From the NCBI GenBank assembly GCA_041395565.1, contig JAWLAI010000005.1:293364-357363 (forward strand): 64,000 nucleotides of DNA. The letters are read 5' to 3'. Position numbers and translations under genes: made by a program. The notes under the pieces are model-generated. The model was not told the DNA's origin, did no database searches, and was given only the letters and a program-made list of their open reading frames with translations. Below are positions 39,777-47,856 of this stretch, in pieces. Origin of the DNA: Pseudomonadota bacterium (GTDB lineage: Bacteria; Pseudomonadota; Gammaproteobacteria; UBA9214). The stretch's first letter is position 1; each line of letters opens with the position of its first letter.

Positions 39777-40271
39777 CTAGTGTTGCCGCCAGCAATCCTC
39801 GCGGATCGCGCCCTGCAGCTCCAGCGCCAGGCTTTGCCGGTCCATCTCGTTCAGGAAGCGGCCGATCTCCACCCGGCGCCCCTGGAATGCCACGGACAAC
39901 CGGCTCGGGTACCAGGCATGCGGTGCACGCTCCATGATCACCCGGGCCCAGGCGCGCGGGCATTCCCAACGCTGCTCGGGCTTGGTACGCCCCTTCTCCA
40001 CCATCAGCCGTTCATCGCTCAGGGTTACGACCTCGCGTATCTGGCTGCGCGCATGACACAGCCAGAAGGCAGCTCCCAGCACGAGGACTTCCAGCCCCGC
40101 GAACGGCAGCACCGGCCAGTAGCCGTGAATTGCGAAAACTATCCCGATTCCGAGCAGGCAGGTGGTGATAACCGCATAGATCCATAACGCCCCGTGCCAC
40201 GACAGGGACTGGTTCGGCCGAATTACCCAGTGACAGTCTCGACCCGAGGGATCAATAACCCGTTCAACCAC
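39777..40271 (-). CDS. DUF2244-like membrane protein preceding the oxidase genes
   Basis: Two adjacent TM segments (ALWIYAVITTCLLGIGIVFAIHGYWPVLPFAGLEVLVLGAAFWL). Typical first gene of proteobacterial cox clusters. Confidence 0.8.
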   Translation of the reverse strand: MVERVIDPSGRDCHWVIRPNQSLSWHGALWIYAVITTCLLGIGIVFAIHGYWPVLPFAGLEVLVLGAAFWLCHARSQIREVVTLSDERLMVEKGRTKPEQRWECPRAWARVIMERAPHAWYPSRLSVAFQGRRVEIGRFLNEMDRQSLALELQGAIREDCWRQH

Positions 40272-40376
40272 TACCGTTTATTTTGTGGAATCGCTGCCGG
40301 GATCAACCGGCGCAACCGGCGCCGCGCTTGCCTGCCGCCCGGTCATGCACAATTTCACCTGCAAAAAAGTGAACGC

Positions 40377-40405
40377 ATTTTAGATGAGACCGCGGACGGA
40401 TTCAA
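40377..40405 (-). promoter_or_regulatory. Candidate sigma-70 promoter of the cox cluster
   Basis: The reverse strand reads TTGAAT-N17-TAAAAT, about 100 nt upstream of the DUF2244 ATG (40271). Confidence 0.45.
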
Positions 40406-40428
40406 TTGACTGAGTCCGACCTGCGTTA

Positions 40429-41109
40429 TCATTTCGGTTGCAGTTCAAGGACGTCAGCCACGCCCCTGGCGTCGGGCACTGCGAGCGGAGGTACCACGCC
40501 AAGCAGGGGCACGGCCAACAATGATCTCAAAGTATTGATGTTTTCATCACGGGCATCGGGCAATGGCGGCAGGCAATTGGCCACCCAGCCCGCCAGCGTC
40601 AGGCCGTCCCGCCGGATCGCCTCGGCACTGAGCAACGCGTGATTCAGACAACCGAGACGGATGCCCACCACCAGAATGACGTCCAGCCCGAGTTCGGCCG
40701 CGAGGTCCGCCACGGTTTCGCGCTCGGTCAAAGGTACCCGCCAGCCGCCCACGCCCTCGACGACGACGCAGTCCGCCCGGACCGCTAATTCGTCAAAGTA
40801 TTGACAAATTAGCGGTAGCGAGATCGTCACGCCATCGCGCCGGGCAGCGAGATGCGGCGCGATCGGCGCCGCCAGGGCCACCGGATTGACCTGCGCATAG
40901 GTCAGCGGCATCGAAGCCTGCTGCTGCAACTGCACGGCATCGGCATTGCGCAACCCCGCAGGCGCACGCTCACAGCCCGAGGCCACCGGCTTCATACCCG
41001 CCACCAGGCGCCCGCGGTCCTGCAGATACTGCATCAGACCGAGCGTGACCACGGTCTTGCCCACGCCGGTGTCGGTACCCGTTACGAAGAAGCCGCCTCC
41101 CTCAGTCAT
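40429..41109 (-). CDS. bioD: Dethiobiotin synthase
   Basis: FFVTGTDTGVGKT P-loop. The start overlaps the bioC stop (ATGACTGA). Confidence 0.9.
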   Translation of the reverse strand: MTEGGGFFVTGTDTGVGKTVVTLGLMQYLQDRGRLVAGMKPVASGCERAPAGLRNADAVQLQQQASMPLTYAQVNPVALAAPIAPHLAARRDGVTISLPLICQYFDELAVRADCVVVEGVGGWRVPLTERETVADLAAELGLDVILVVGIRLGCLNHALLSAEAIRRDGLTLAGWVANCLPPLPDARDENINTLRSLLAVPLLGVVPPLAVPDARGVADVLELQPK

Positions 41110-41992
41110 GCCGGCGCCCACTCCCGGGCACGCCCAGACTGGTCAACGGGACAGCGCTGGCGGCCCCATGCGTGCGCTTGTTCTGCGGCGACCAGGCGTG
41201 GCCATAGACCACCTCGTAGCTCGCCGGCAGGACACCGTCGACGCGGAAACGCTCGTAGGCCGCGGCAAAGGCCTGCCAGCGGCGCCGTCCCGTCAGGCCA
41301 CGCGCGCGTCCCTGTGTCACGTTGTGCGCACCGATCCGCTTCAGATCCTGCAGCAGCTGCGGCAACTCGCGGTATGTGACGGTGATGCGCTCCGCATCCA
41401 TCACCGGCTCGGCCCACTGTGCGCGCACCAGACTGTCACCGATATCGTGCAGATCGATGAAGCGGTTGACGTGCGTGAAACCGTCGGCTGCTTCCCAGCT
41501 CGCGCGCAGCTCCATCAGCGTATCCGGTCCAAAAGTGGTGAACATCAGCAGCCCGCCCGGCGCCAGTACGCGGCGCAGCTCGCCGAAGGTGGACTCCAGG
41601 TCCGTGCACCACTGCAGCATCAGATTGGAGAAGATGAAATCGAAACTGTCGTCGGCGAAGGGCAGCCGTTCGCCGTCGGCACACACGCACAGCGGACGAC
41701 GGCGCCAGCCACCGCGCCCCTGCGCCCTGGCCAGCATCGCCTGCGCGATATCCAGCGCGACCACATGAGCGCCACGGTAACGTTGCAGCAGGGCGGCACT
41801 GAAACGGCCGGTGCCGGCCCCGAGATCGAGTACGCGCCGCGGCTGCAGCCGGATGAAGTCCATGCGCTCCAGCAACCGCTCGCCGATCTCGTACTGCAGT
41901 TGCGCGGCGCCGTCATAGGTCTCGGCCGCGCCTTCGAACGCGCGCCGCATCTGCTGTTTGTCCGGCAGGATGCGCAGATCCAGATCAGGCAT
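41102..41992 (-). CDS. bioC: Malonyl-ACP O-methyltransferase
   Basis: SAM motif VLDLGAGTGRF in the bioH-bioC-bioD context. ATG at 41992 overlaps the bioH stop. Confidence 0.85.
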   Translation of the reverse strand: MPDLDLRILPDKQQMRRAFEGAAETYDGAAQLQYEIGERLLERMDFIRLQPRRVLDLGAGTGRFSAALLQRYRGAHVVALDIAQAMLARAQGRGGWRRRPLCVCADGERLPFADDSFDFIFSNLMLQWCTDLESTFGELRRVLAPGGLLMFTTFGPDTLMELRASWEAADGFTHVNRFIDLHDIGDSLVRAQWAEPVMDAERITVTYRELPQLLQDLKRIGAHNVTQGRARGLTGRRRWQAFAAAYERFRVDGVLPASYEVVYGHAWSPQNKRTHGAASAVPLTSLGVPGSGRRHD

Positions 41993-42776
41993 GGCGTTCA
42001 CCCGCACCCGACCGGGCCGGCAGGAAGGCCCGCAGCGCGTCGGCGACCGTCTCCGGCGCAGCGATGAACGGTGCGTGCCCGGCCGTGTCGATCGTGATCA
42101 GTCGCGCCCCCGGCAGCAGCGCTGCCGTGGCCTGCCCGGCCACCGGCGGCACCAGGGTGTCGCGGCCGCCCATCACCAGCAGGGATCGGCAGTGCAGGTG
42201 CCGGGCCGCACTGCGCAGGTCCGTACCACGCAGCACAGCCAGACCGGCGCGCAAGCCTTCCGGCCGCGGCCGCCCCCGTGCCAGCAGCGTCGCCCGCAAC
42301 TGCCTGAGTACCGTGCCGGCGTTCGCGCTGCCGCGCACCTGCAGGGCGAGAAAGCGATTCAGCGTATGCACGTAGTCCCGCTCCAGTTCTGCGGCGAAGC
42401 CTTCCAGCAGCTGCGGCAACATCGCGCTTTGCCAGTCCGGCCGCCGCACGAAGCAGGGAGAACTGGCGATACATACCAGCGCCGTCGCACGTGCCGGCTG
42501 TGCGAGCGCCGCTCCCAGCGCGACCAGGCCGCCCAGCGACCAGCCGACCCACACGGCGTGCAACGGCGCCGCGGCGAGTACTGACGCGACCATTTCATCC
42601 AGGCTCTGCTCGCCCGACCAGGCACTGTGACCGTGCCCGGGCAGATCGATGCGGGTGACGCGAAAGTCTGGTTCCAGCAGCGGTACGAGGCCATCCCACA
42701 CACCGCTGTGCAGACCCCAGCCATGCAGCAGCACCAGCGCGGGCCCCTGGCCGGAGGTTTCGCTGTGGAGTGTCAT
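41985..42776 (-). CDS. bioH: Pimeloyl-ACP methyl ester esterase
   Basis: Alpha/beta hydrolase: [14 protein letters not shown] and nucleophile elbow GWSLGG. Confidence 0.85.
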   Translation of the reverse strand: MTLHSETSGQGPALVLLHGWGLHSGVWDGLVPLLEPDFRVTRIDLPGHGHSAWSGEQSLDEMVASVLAAAPLHAVWVGWSLGGLVALGAALAQPARATALVCIASSPCFVRRPDWQSAMLPQLLEGFAAELERDYVHTLNRFLALQVRGSANAGTVLRQLRATLLARGRPRPEGLRAGLAVLRGTDLRSAARHLHCRSLLVMGGRDTLVPPVAGQATAALLPGARLITIDTAGHAPFIAAPETVADALRAFLPARSGAGERHA

Positions 42777-43948
42777 TGGATGTTCTCTGTGTACGCTCTG
42801 ACAGGTATCTGATCCAGCGCGTCCAGCAGCCGGTCCACGTGGTCCTCGGTGTGCGCGGCTGAGAAGGTGATGCGCAGCCGCGCCGTGCCCGCCGGCACCG
42901 TCGGCGGACGAATGGCGGTAACCAGGATGTCGCGCGCGCGCAGGTCCGCGCTGAGGTCCAGTGCCGCCGCGGCCGCCCCCACCAGCAGCGGCTGGATCGG
43001 GGTCGCCGAGTCCGCCAGGCGCAGGCCGAGTTGCGCGGCGCCGGCCCGGAAACGCGCCACGAGCCGCTGCAACCGCTCACGCCGCCATGCGTCCGCACGG
43101 ACTCGTACGAGCGCCGCCAGGGTGGCGCAGGCCAGGGCCGGCGGCGGTGCGGTGGTATAAATATAAGTACGCGCCTGCTGGATCAGGGTCTCGACCAGGT
43201 CTTCACCGCCGGCCACGAAGGCACCGAAGGTGCCGAATGCCTTGCCGAGTGTCCCCATCAGCACCGGCACCTGCGACAGGTCCAGCCCGGCAGCCTGCAG
43301 CGAACCGCGCCCTTCGCTGCCGAGGACGCCGAGCCCGTGCGCGTCATCGACCATGAACCAAGCCCCGTGTGCTGCACTGACGGCGGCCAGTTGCGCCAGC
43401 GGCGCGATATCGCCATCCATGCTGAACACACCGTCGGTCGCCACCAGGCGCTCGCCTGGCGGGGCAGCCGCCAGCCGCATCTCGAGATCGCCGGTCTCCG
43501 CATGCCGGTAGCGCAGCAGTTTTGCCCCGGCAAGCCGCGCACCGTCCAGCAAGGATGCATGGTTGGCGCGATCCTCGAATGCCCGGTCACCACGACCGAG
43601 CAATGCGGTCATCACCCCGAGGTTGGCCATATAGCCGGTCGAGAACAGCAGCGCGCGCGGTCGCCCGGTGAACTCAGCAAGCGCCTCTTCCAGGTGGTGA
43701 TGGGCACGCGTGTGTCCGCTCACGAGATGTGCGGCACCGCTGCCGGCGCCGTAATCGTCCAGACCGGCGTGAAAGGCCGCCACGACCTCGGGATGATTTG
43801 CCAGCCCGAGATAGTCATTGCTGCAAAACGACAACACCCGCCTGCCGGCGATAACGGGTTCCACACCCTGCGCGCCATCGAGCGTCTCACGCCGACGGTA
43901 AAGACGGTCTTGCCGACGTTGCGCAAGTTGTACGGCCAGGGATTTCAT
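42773..43948 (-). CDS. bioF: 8-amino-7-oxononanoate synthase
   Basis: PLP-dependent enzyme ([18 protein letters not shown]). ATGA overlap with bioH. Confidence 0.95.
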   Translation of the reverse strand: MKSLAVQLAQRRQDRLYRRRETLDGAQGVEPVIAGRRVLSFCSNDYLGLANHPEVVAAFHAGLDDYGAGSGAAHLVSGHTRAHHHLEEALAEFTGRPRALLFSTGYMANLGVMTALLGRGDRAFEDRANHASLLDGARLAGAKLLRYRHAETGDLEMRLAAAPPGERLVATDGVFSMDGDIAPLAQLAAVSAAHGAWFMVDDAHGLGVLGSEGRGSLQAAGLDLSQVPVLMGTLGKAFGTFGAFVAGGEDLVETLIQQARTYIYTTAPPPALACATLAALVRVRADAWRRERLQRLVARFRAGAAQLGLRLADSATPIQPLLVGAAAAALDLSADLRARDILVTAIRPPTVPAGTARLRITFSAAHTEDHVDRLLDALDQIPVRAYTENIQ

Positions 43949-44029
43949 TGCATCCAGGGACGGCCACCCCGTCGCGGCAGCAACCGGGATATTGGGGTTT
44001 GCCTTAACAAGGGGGCCCGGCGGAAGCCG

Positions 44030-44320
44030 TCAATAAGCTATTGTTAATCATAAAAATTAAATTTCTATAAAATGGAGAGAACTCTAATTATGTGGCTTTG
44101 CCCGCCTCATTCACGCAGATCGGCGGTTGGCGGCCGGCGCGCGCCACATCCGGGCAGACAGCCCCAATGACGCCTGGCTGGCTGGGTCCTGCATCGCCCC
44201 ATCGCCTGCTTGCATGGTCGCTGGCGCCATCAGAGTTGATAACTTCATGATCTGAATATATAAGTTGAGATTCTAAAGTTTTAGTGCCCTGTAAATATAG
44301 GCATTTATAAATAATTTATC
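44030..44320. other. Strongly AT-rich non-coding island (two AT-rich arms around a GC-rich core) between bioB and bioF
   Basis: AT-rich runs at about 44030-44095 and 44235-44320 contrast with the GC-rich surroundings. A perfect palindrome ATAAAT-A-ATTTAT (44307-44319) overlaps the bioB stop. No convincing ORF. Confidence 0.6.
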
Positions 44321-45326
44321 CGTTTGTGCAACAACCTGCCGGGTGCAGTCCCAGCTGCGCGAACAGGGCATCATCACGCACGGTATCCGGATTGCCGGTG
44401 GTGAGCAGTTTCTCGCCGTAGAAGATGGAATTGGCTCCGGCGAAGAAACACAGTGCCTGCAGCTCGTCGCTCATCTCCCCGCGTCCGGCCGAAAGCCGCA
44501 CATACGAGGCTGGCATGAGGATGCGAGCGACCGCGATCGTGCACACGAATTCCAGCGGCGCGAGGTCCGGCTCCGCGCCCAGCGGCGTGCCTGCCACCTT
44601 GACCAGCCGGTTGATCGGCACGCTGCCCGGGTGTTCAGGCAGGTTGGCGAGTTCGCACAGCATGGACACGCGGTCGGCGCGCGTCTCGCCCAGGCCGACG
44701 ATTCCGCCGCAGCAGACGTTGATACCGGCCGCGCGCACATGCGCCAGCGTCTCCAGCCGGTCATCATAGGTTCGCGTGGTGATGATCTCGCCGTAGAATT
44801 CGGGCGAGGTGTCGAGATTGTGATTGTAGTAGTCCAGCCCGGCCTGTTTCAGCGCACCGGCCTGCTCCGCGTCCAGCATGCCAAGCGTGGCGCAGGTTTC
44901 CAGTCCTTCGGCACGCACGCGCCCGACCATTTCCAGCACGCGTTCGAAATTCCTGCCCCTCGGGTTGCGCCAGGCCGCCCCCATGCAGAAACGCGACGCG
45001 CCCGCCGCCTTTGCCCGTTTCGCGGCCGCCACGACGTCTTCGACGTCCAGCAGGCGCTCGTGCTGCAGGCCGGTCTGATTATGCACGCTCTGTGAACAGT
45101 AGCTGCAGTCCTCCGGACAACCGCCGGTCTTGATGCTGAGCAGGGTACTGACCTGGATCGCATTGGCATCGAAGTGCGCGCGGTGCACGCGATGCGCCTG
45201 GTACAGCAGGTCGTTGAAGGGCAGCTCGAACAAGGCGGCCACCTCGGCGCGCGACCAGTCATTGCGGACATCGGTAGCGGAATCCTCCGCTCGACAGGCA
45301 GTTGGCTTGTGCATAATTTTCAACAT
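44316..45326 (-). CDS. bioB: Biotin synthase (radical SAM)
   Basis: [11 protein letters not shown] radical-SAM motif and YNHNLDTS. An ATG at 45314 is an alternative start. Confidence 0.95.
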   Translation of the reverse strand: MLKIMHKPTACRAEDSATDVRNDWSRAEVAALFELPFNDLLYQAHRVHRAHFDANAIQVSTLLSIKTGGCPEDCSYCSQSVHNQTGLQHERLLDVEDVVAAAKRAKAAGASRFCMGAAWRNPRGRNFERVLEMVGRVRAEGLETCATLGMLDAEQAGALKQAGLDYYNHNLDTSPEFYGEIITTRTYDDRLETLAHVRAAGINVCCGGIVGLGETRADRVSMLCELANLPEHPGSVPINRLVKVAGTPLGAEPDLAPLEFVCTIAVARILMPASYVRLSAGRGEMSDELQALCFFAGANSIFYGEKLLTTGNPDTVRDDALFAQLGLHPAGCCTNG

Positions 45327-45372
45327 GATGCGATTGGAAACGGGGGATGACTATGGATCCGCAGCAAGCACC

Positions 45373-45403
45373 TGTCAACCGGAAAACGGTATGAAGGTTG
45401 ACC
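45373..45403. promoter_or_regulatory. BirA-type biotin operator (bioO) overlapping the bioB promoter -35
   Basis: TGTCAACC-N15-GGTTGACC resembles TGTAAACC-N14-16-GGTTTACA. The reverse strand gives TTGACA-N17-CATAGT (45378 down to 45350), upstream of the bioB ATG at 45326. Confidence 0.65.
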
Positions 45404-46104
45404 ACTGGGCGGGCCGGTTGCTGGATCTGCTGTTGCCGCCGCGCTGCCGGCTCTGCGGCGATCCGGCCGCGGCTGCAAGCCGTTTGTGTGCGCCCTGCGA
45501 ACAGGAACTGCCCTGGCTCAACGGCGCTTGCGCGCGCTGCGCGCGACCCGGCCCGGAAACGCTGCGCTGTGGAGTCTGCCAGCGCCGGCCGCCCGCCTTC
45601 GATCGCACCACCGCCCTGCTGCAATACCGGCCGCCGGTCGATTACCTGTTGAAACGGCTTAAATTCTCCGGCGAGCTCGCGATCGCCCCGCTACTGGCAG
45701 GGCTGTTGGCCGAACGCATCGCAGTCCGTACCGCGCCGCTGCCGGCGCTGCTGATACCGGTACCCCTGCATCGATCCCGCGTGCGTGAACGGGGCTACAA
45801 CCAGGCTGGCCTGCTGGCGCGTTGTCTGGGACAGCAGCTGGCGCTGCCGGTGGCTGCGCGTCTGTGTGCCCGCCGGCGCGCGACCCGGCCGCAATCCCTG
45901 CTCAACCCCGCCGACCGGCAGCGCAACCTGCGCCGCGCCTTCGCCGTCCGCGCTCCGCTACCGGCCACGCATCTGGCCATCGTCGACGACATCATGACCA
46001 CGGGTCATACGGCCGGTGCGCTGGCGCGGGCACTGAAACGGGCCGGTGCCGGCGAGGTCGAGGTCTGGGTTATCGCACGCGCGGCCGTTCAGACGGCCAC
46101 GTAG
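45391..46104 (+). CDS. comF: ComF-family protein (phosphoribosyltransferase-like)
   Basis: N-terminal Cys pairs (PPRCRLCG...CAPCEQ...CARCA...CGVCQ) and PRT motif [11 protein letters not shown]. The internal ATG at 45391 was chosen; the upstream part of the ORF is antisense to bioB. Confidence 0.85.
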   Translation: MKVDHWAGRLLDLLLPPRCRLCGDPAAAASRLCAPCEQELPWLNGACARCARPGPETLRCGVCQRRPPAFDRTTALLQYRPPVDYLLKRLKFSGELAIAPLLAGLLAERIAVRTAPLPALLIPVPLHRSRVRERGYNQAGLLARCLGQQLALPVAARLCARRRATRPQSLLNPADRQRNLRRAFAVRAPLPATHLAIVDDIMTTGHTAGALARALKRAGAGEVEVWVIARAAVQTAT

Positions 46105-46946
46105 TCGACCAGGATGCCGAGAAATACCATCAGCCCGAACCAGTTGTTGTTCAGAAAGGCACGGAAACAGTCATCGCGTTCGCGAAAACGGATCAGGCGC
46201 TGCTGGTAGACGAAGAGCGCGCCGCCGAGTGCGACGCCGCAGTAGTAGATCATGCCCAGGCCGGCCTGAAAACCGATCATGATCAGACAGATCAGCACCA
46301 TAGCCTGCAGGATGCCGATGATCAAGCGATCGGAATCGCCGAACAGGATGGCGGTGGACTTGAGTCCGAGCGCAATGTCGTCCTGCCGGTCGACCATGGC
46401 ATACATCGTGTCGTAGACCGTGGCCCACAGCACCGTGGCGGTGAACATCAGCCATCCCACCTGTGGCACGCCGCCCGACTGTGCGGCAAACGCCATCGGC
46501 ACCGCCCAGCCGAAGGCGGCGCCGAGCACCACCTGCGGCAGGTGCGTCACGCGCTTCATGAAAGGATAGATTATGGCCAGCAGTACACCGCCCAGCGACA
46601 GCACGATCGTGAGCGTGTTGAGCATGAGCACCAACCCGAACGCGGTCAGACAGAGTACGCCGAACAGCAGCAGCGCCGCCCGCACGGAGATGCGCCCGGT
46701 CGTCAACGGGCGTTCGCTGGTGCGCGACACATAACGGTCGAAGTCGCGGTCTGCATAGTCATTGATGATGCAGCCGGCCGAGCGCATCAACACCACCCCG
46801 AGCACGAAGATGACCACGATGTGGATATCGGGCGACCCCCGCCCCGCCACCAGCAGCGCCCACAGCGCTGGCCACAGCAGCAGCAAGATCCCGATCGGCT
46901 TATCCAGCCGCATCAGGGCAATGTAGTCGCGCAACCGACCTTGCAT
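46089..46946 (-). CDS. ubiA: 4-hydroxybenzoate octaprenyltransferase
   Basis: [16 protein letters not shown] and NDYADRDFD motifs. ATG at 46946 (MQGRLRDY...). Confidence 0.95.
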   Translation of the reverse strand: MQGRLRDYIALMRLDKPIGILLLLWPALWALLVAGRGSPDIHIVVIFVLGVVLMRSAGCIINDYADRDFDRYVSRTSERPLTTGRISVRAALLLFGVLCLTAFGLVLMLNTLTIVLSLGGVLLAIIYPFMKRVTHLPQVVLGAAFGWAVPMAFAAQSGGVPQVGWLMFTATVLWATVYDTMYAMVDRQDDIALGLKSTAILFGDSDRLIIGILQAMVLICLIMIGFQAGLGMIYYCGVALGGALFVYQQRLIRFRERDDCFRAFLNNNWFGLMVFLGILVDYVAV

Positions 46947-46975
46947 CGTCTCCTCTTCGGTCCAGTACGCCGCCG

Positions 46976-47551
46976 CTAGCGGCTCCGCCAGGTCCGCCGC
47001 GCCGCATGCGCTGCCGGGAACGCGGGCAGGAACACCTCGCTCACCAGCAGTGGCTTGCGGGCAATGGTGAACACCGAGCGTCGCCCCCAGATCGCCGCCG
47101 GGCGCGTGCGCAGGTGCGCGGTAGCCGCAGTATACAGCGCCTGCCCCGGCTCGATGCAGGCCAACTCGACCACGCCACGATGCATGCCCGGATCGGCGAA
47201 CAGTACCGCACCCAGCGGGCGCGTGCCGAGATGCGCAAGCCGCTTGAGCCGCCCGCGCAGCGAACGCAGCGGAATCACGGTCCTGGCATAGACCCATGGC
47301 TCGCCCCCGCACTGCAGCAGCACCTGGCGGATCAGCGCATGACTGCCGCGGCGCATGCCGAGCGCCTCAACCTCGCTGCGCGCCGGCCGGCCGCGCTGCA
47401 GGGCGACCAGGCGCACCTTGAACCGGCCCGGACACAGCTGCTGCAGGCGCAGCGTGAGCGACTCGGGATCGAGCAACCAGGCGCAGAGTGCCTGCGGAAT
47501 CGCCGCACGGCAATAGCGTTCATGAGGTTGCCAGCGGCTGTCGAGGGTCAT
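46976..47551 (-). CDS. ubiC: Chorismate pyruvate-lyase
   Basis: Immediately upstream of ubiA. UbiC-like [12 protein letters not shown]...REVLL-type core ([21 protein letters not shown]). Confidence 0.85.
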   Translation of the reverse strand: MTLDSRWQPHERYCRAAIPQALCAWLLDPESLTLRLQQLCPGRFKVRLVALQRGRPARSEVEALGMRRGSHALIRQVLLQCGGEPWVYARTVIPLRSLRGRLKRLAHLGTRPLGAVLFADPGMHRGVVELACIEPGQALYTAATAHLRTRPAAIWGRRSVFTIARKPLLVSEVFLPAFPAAHAARRTWRSR

Positions 47552-47658
47552 GTGCGCGAGGTCCGGGATAGGCCGTGTCGATCACGGCGCGGGATTATCG
47601 CACGATTCGTGTTAAATGGTACGGCTGGGGACTCCGGCGGGCGTATAACCCAACTCGC

Positions 47659-47843
47659 GCAAAGACGCAAAATTAATCCTGCGCGCAGTGATGCAGAGTC
47701 CGCCGACAAACGTAAGGCATATTGACGCCCGAGCATGGTTGCGAAGGTCAATCAGCCTATTCCCGCAATAAAGTGGGTTGGAGGCAAAACGATACTCTGC
47801 GTAAGACTGGCGTTTGAATAGCTTGGCGAGATTGCGTCTTTGC
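47659..47843. repeat. 185-bp unit bounded by a perfect 12-bp inverted repeat
   Basis: GCAAAGACGCAA (47659-47670) and TTGCGTCTTTGC (47832-47843), with nested shorter inverted repeats GCAGAGT/ACTCTGC and ATTGAC/GTCAAT. Lies in the recG-ubiC spacer, which looks less GC-rich than its neighbours. Confidence 0.4.
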
Positions 47844-47856
47844 ATGAGACAATTTT

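Noticed and set aside
44075-44170. Short ORFs in the bioB-bioF spacer: a 26-codon Arg-rich ORF on the + strand behind GGAGAG, and a 45-codon ORF on the - strand starting at about 44248
   Set aside because: They are too short, lack conserved motifs, have atypical composition, and the - strand ORF has no ribosome-binding site. They are kept only as a note under the spacer finding.
44305-44314. TTATAAATAA at the bioB 3' end resembles the alphaproteobacterial BioR box (TTATMKATAA)
   Set aside because: - It has one mismatch and sits in very AT-rich DNA, where such strings arise by chance.
- BioR is not expected in this lineage.
- A good BirA-type operator is present upstream of bioB instead.
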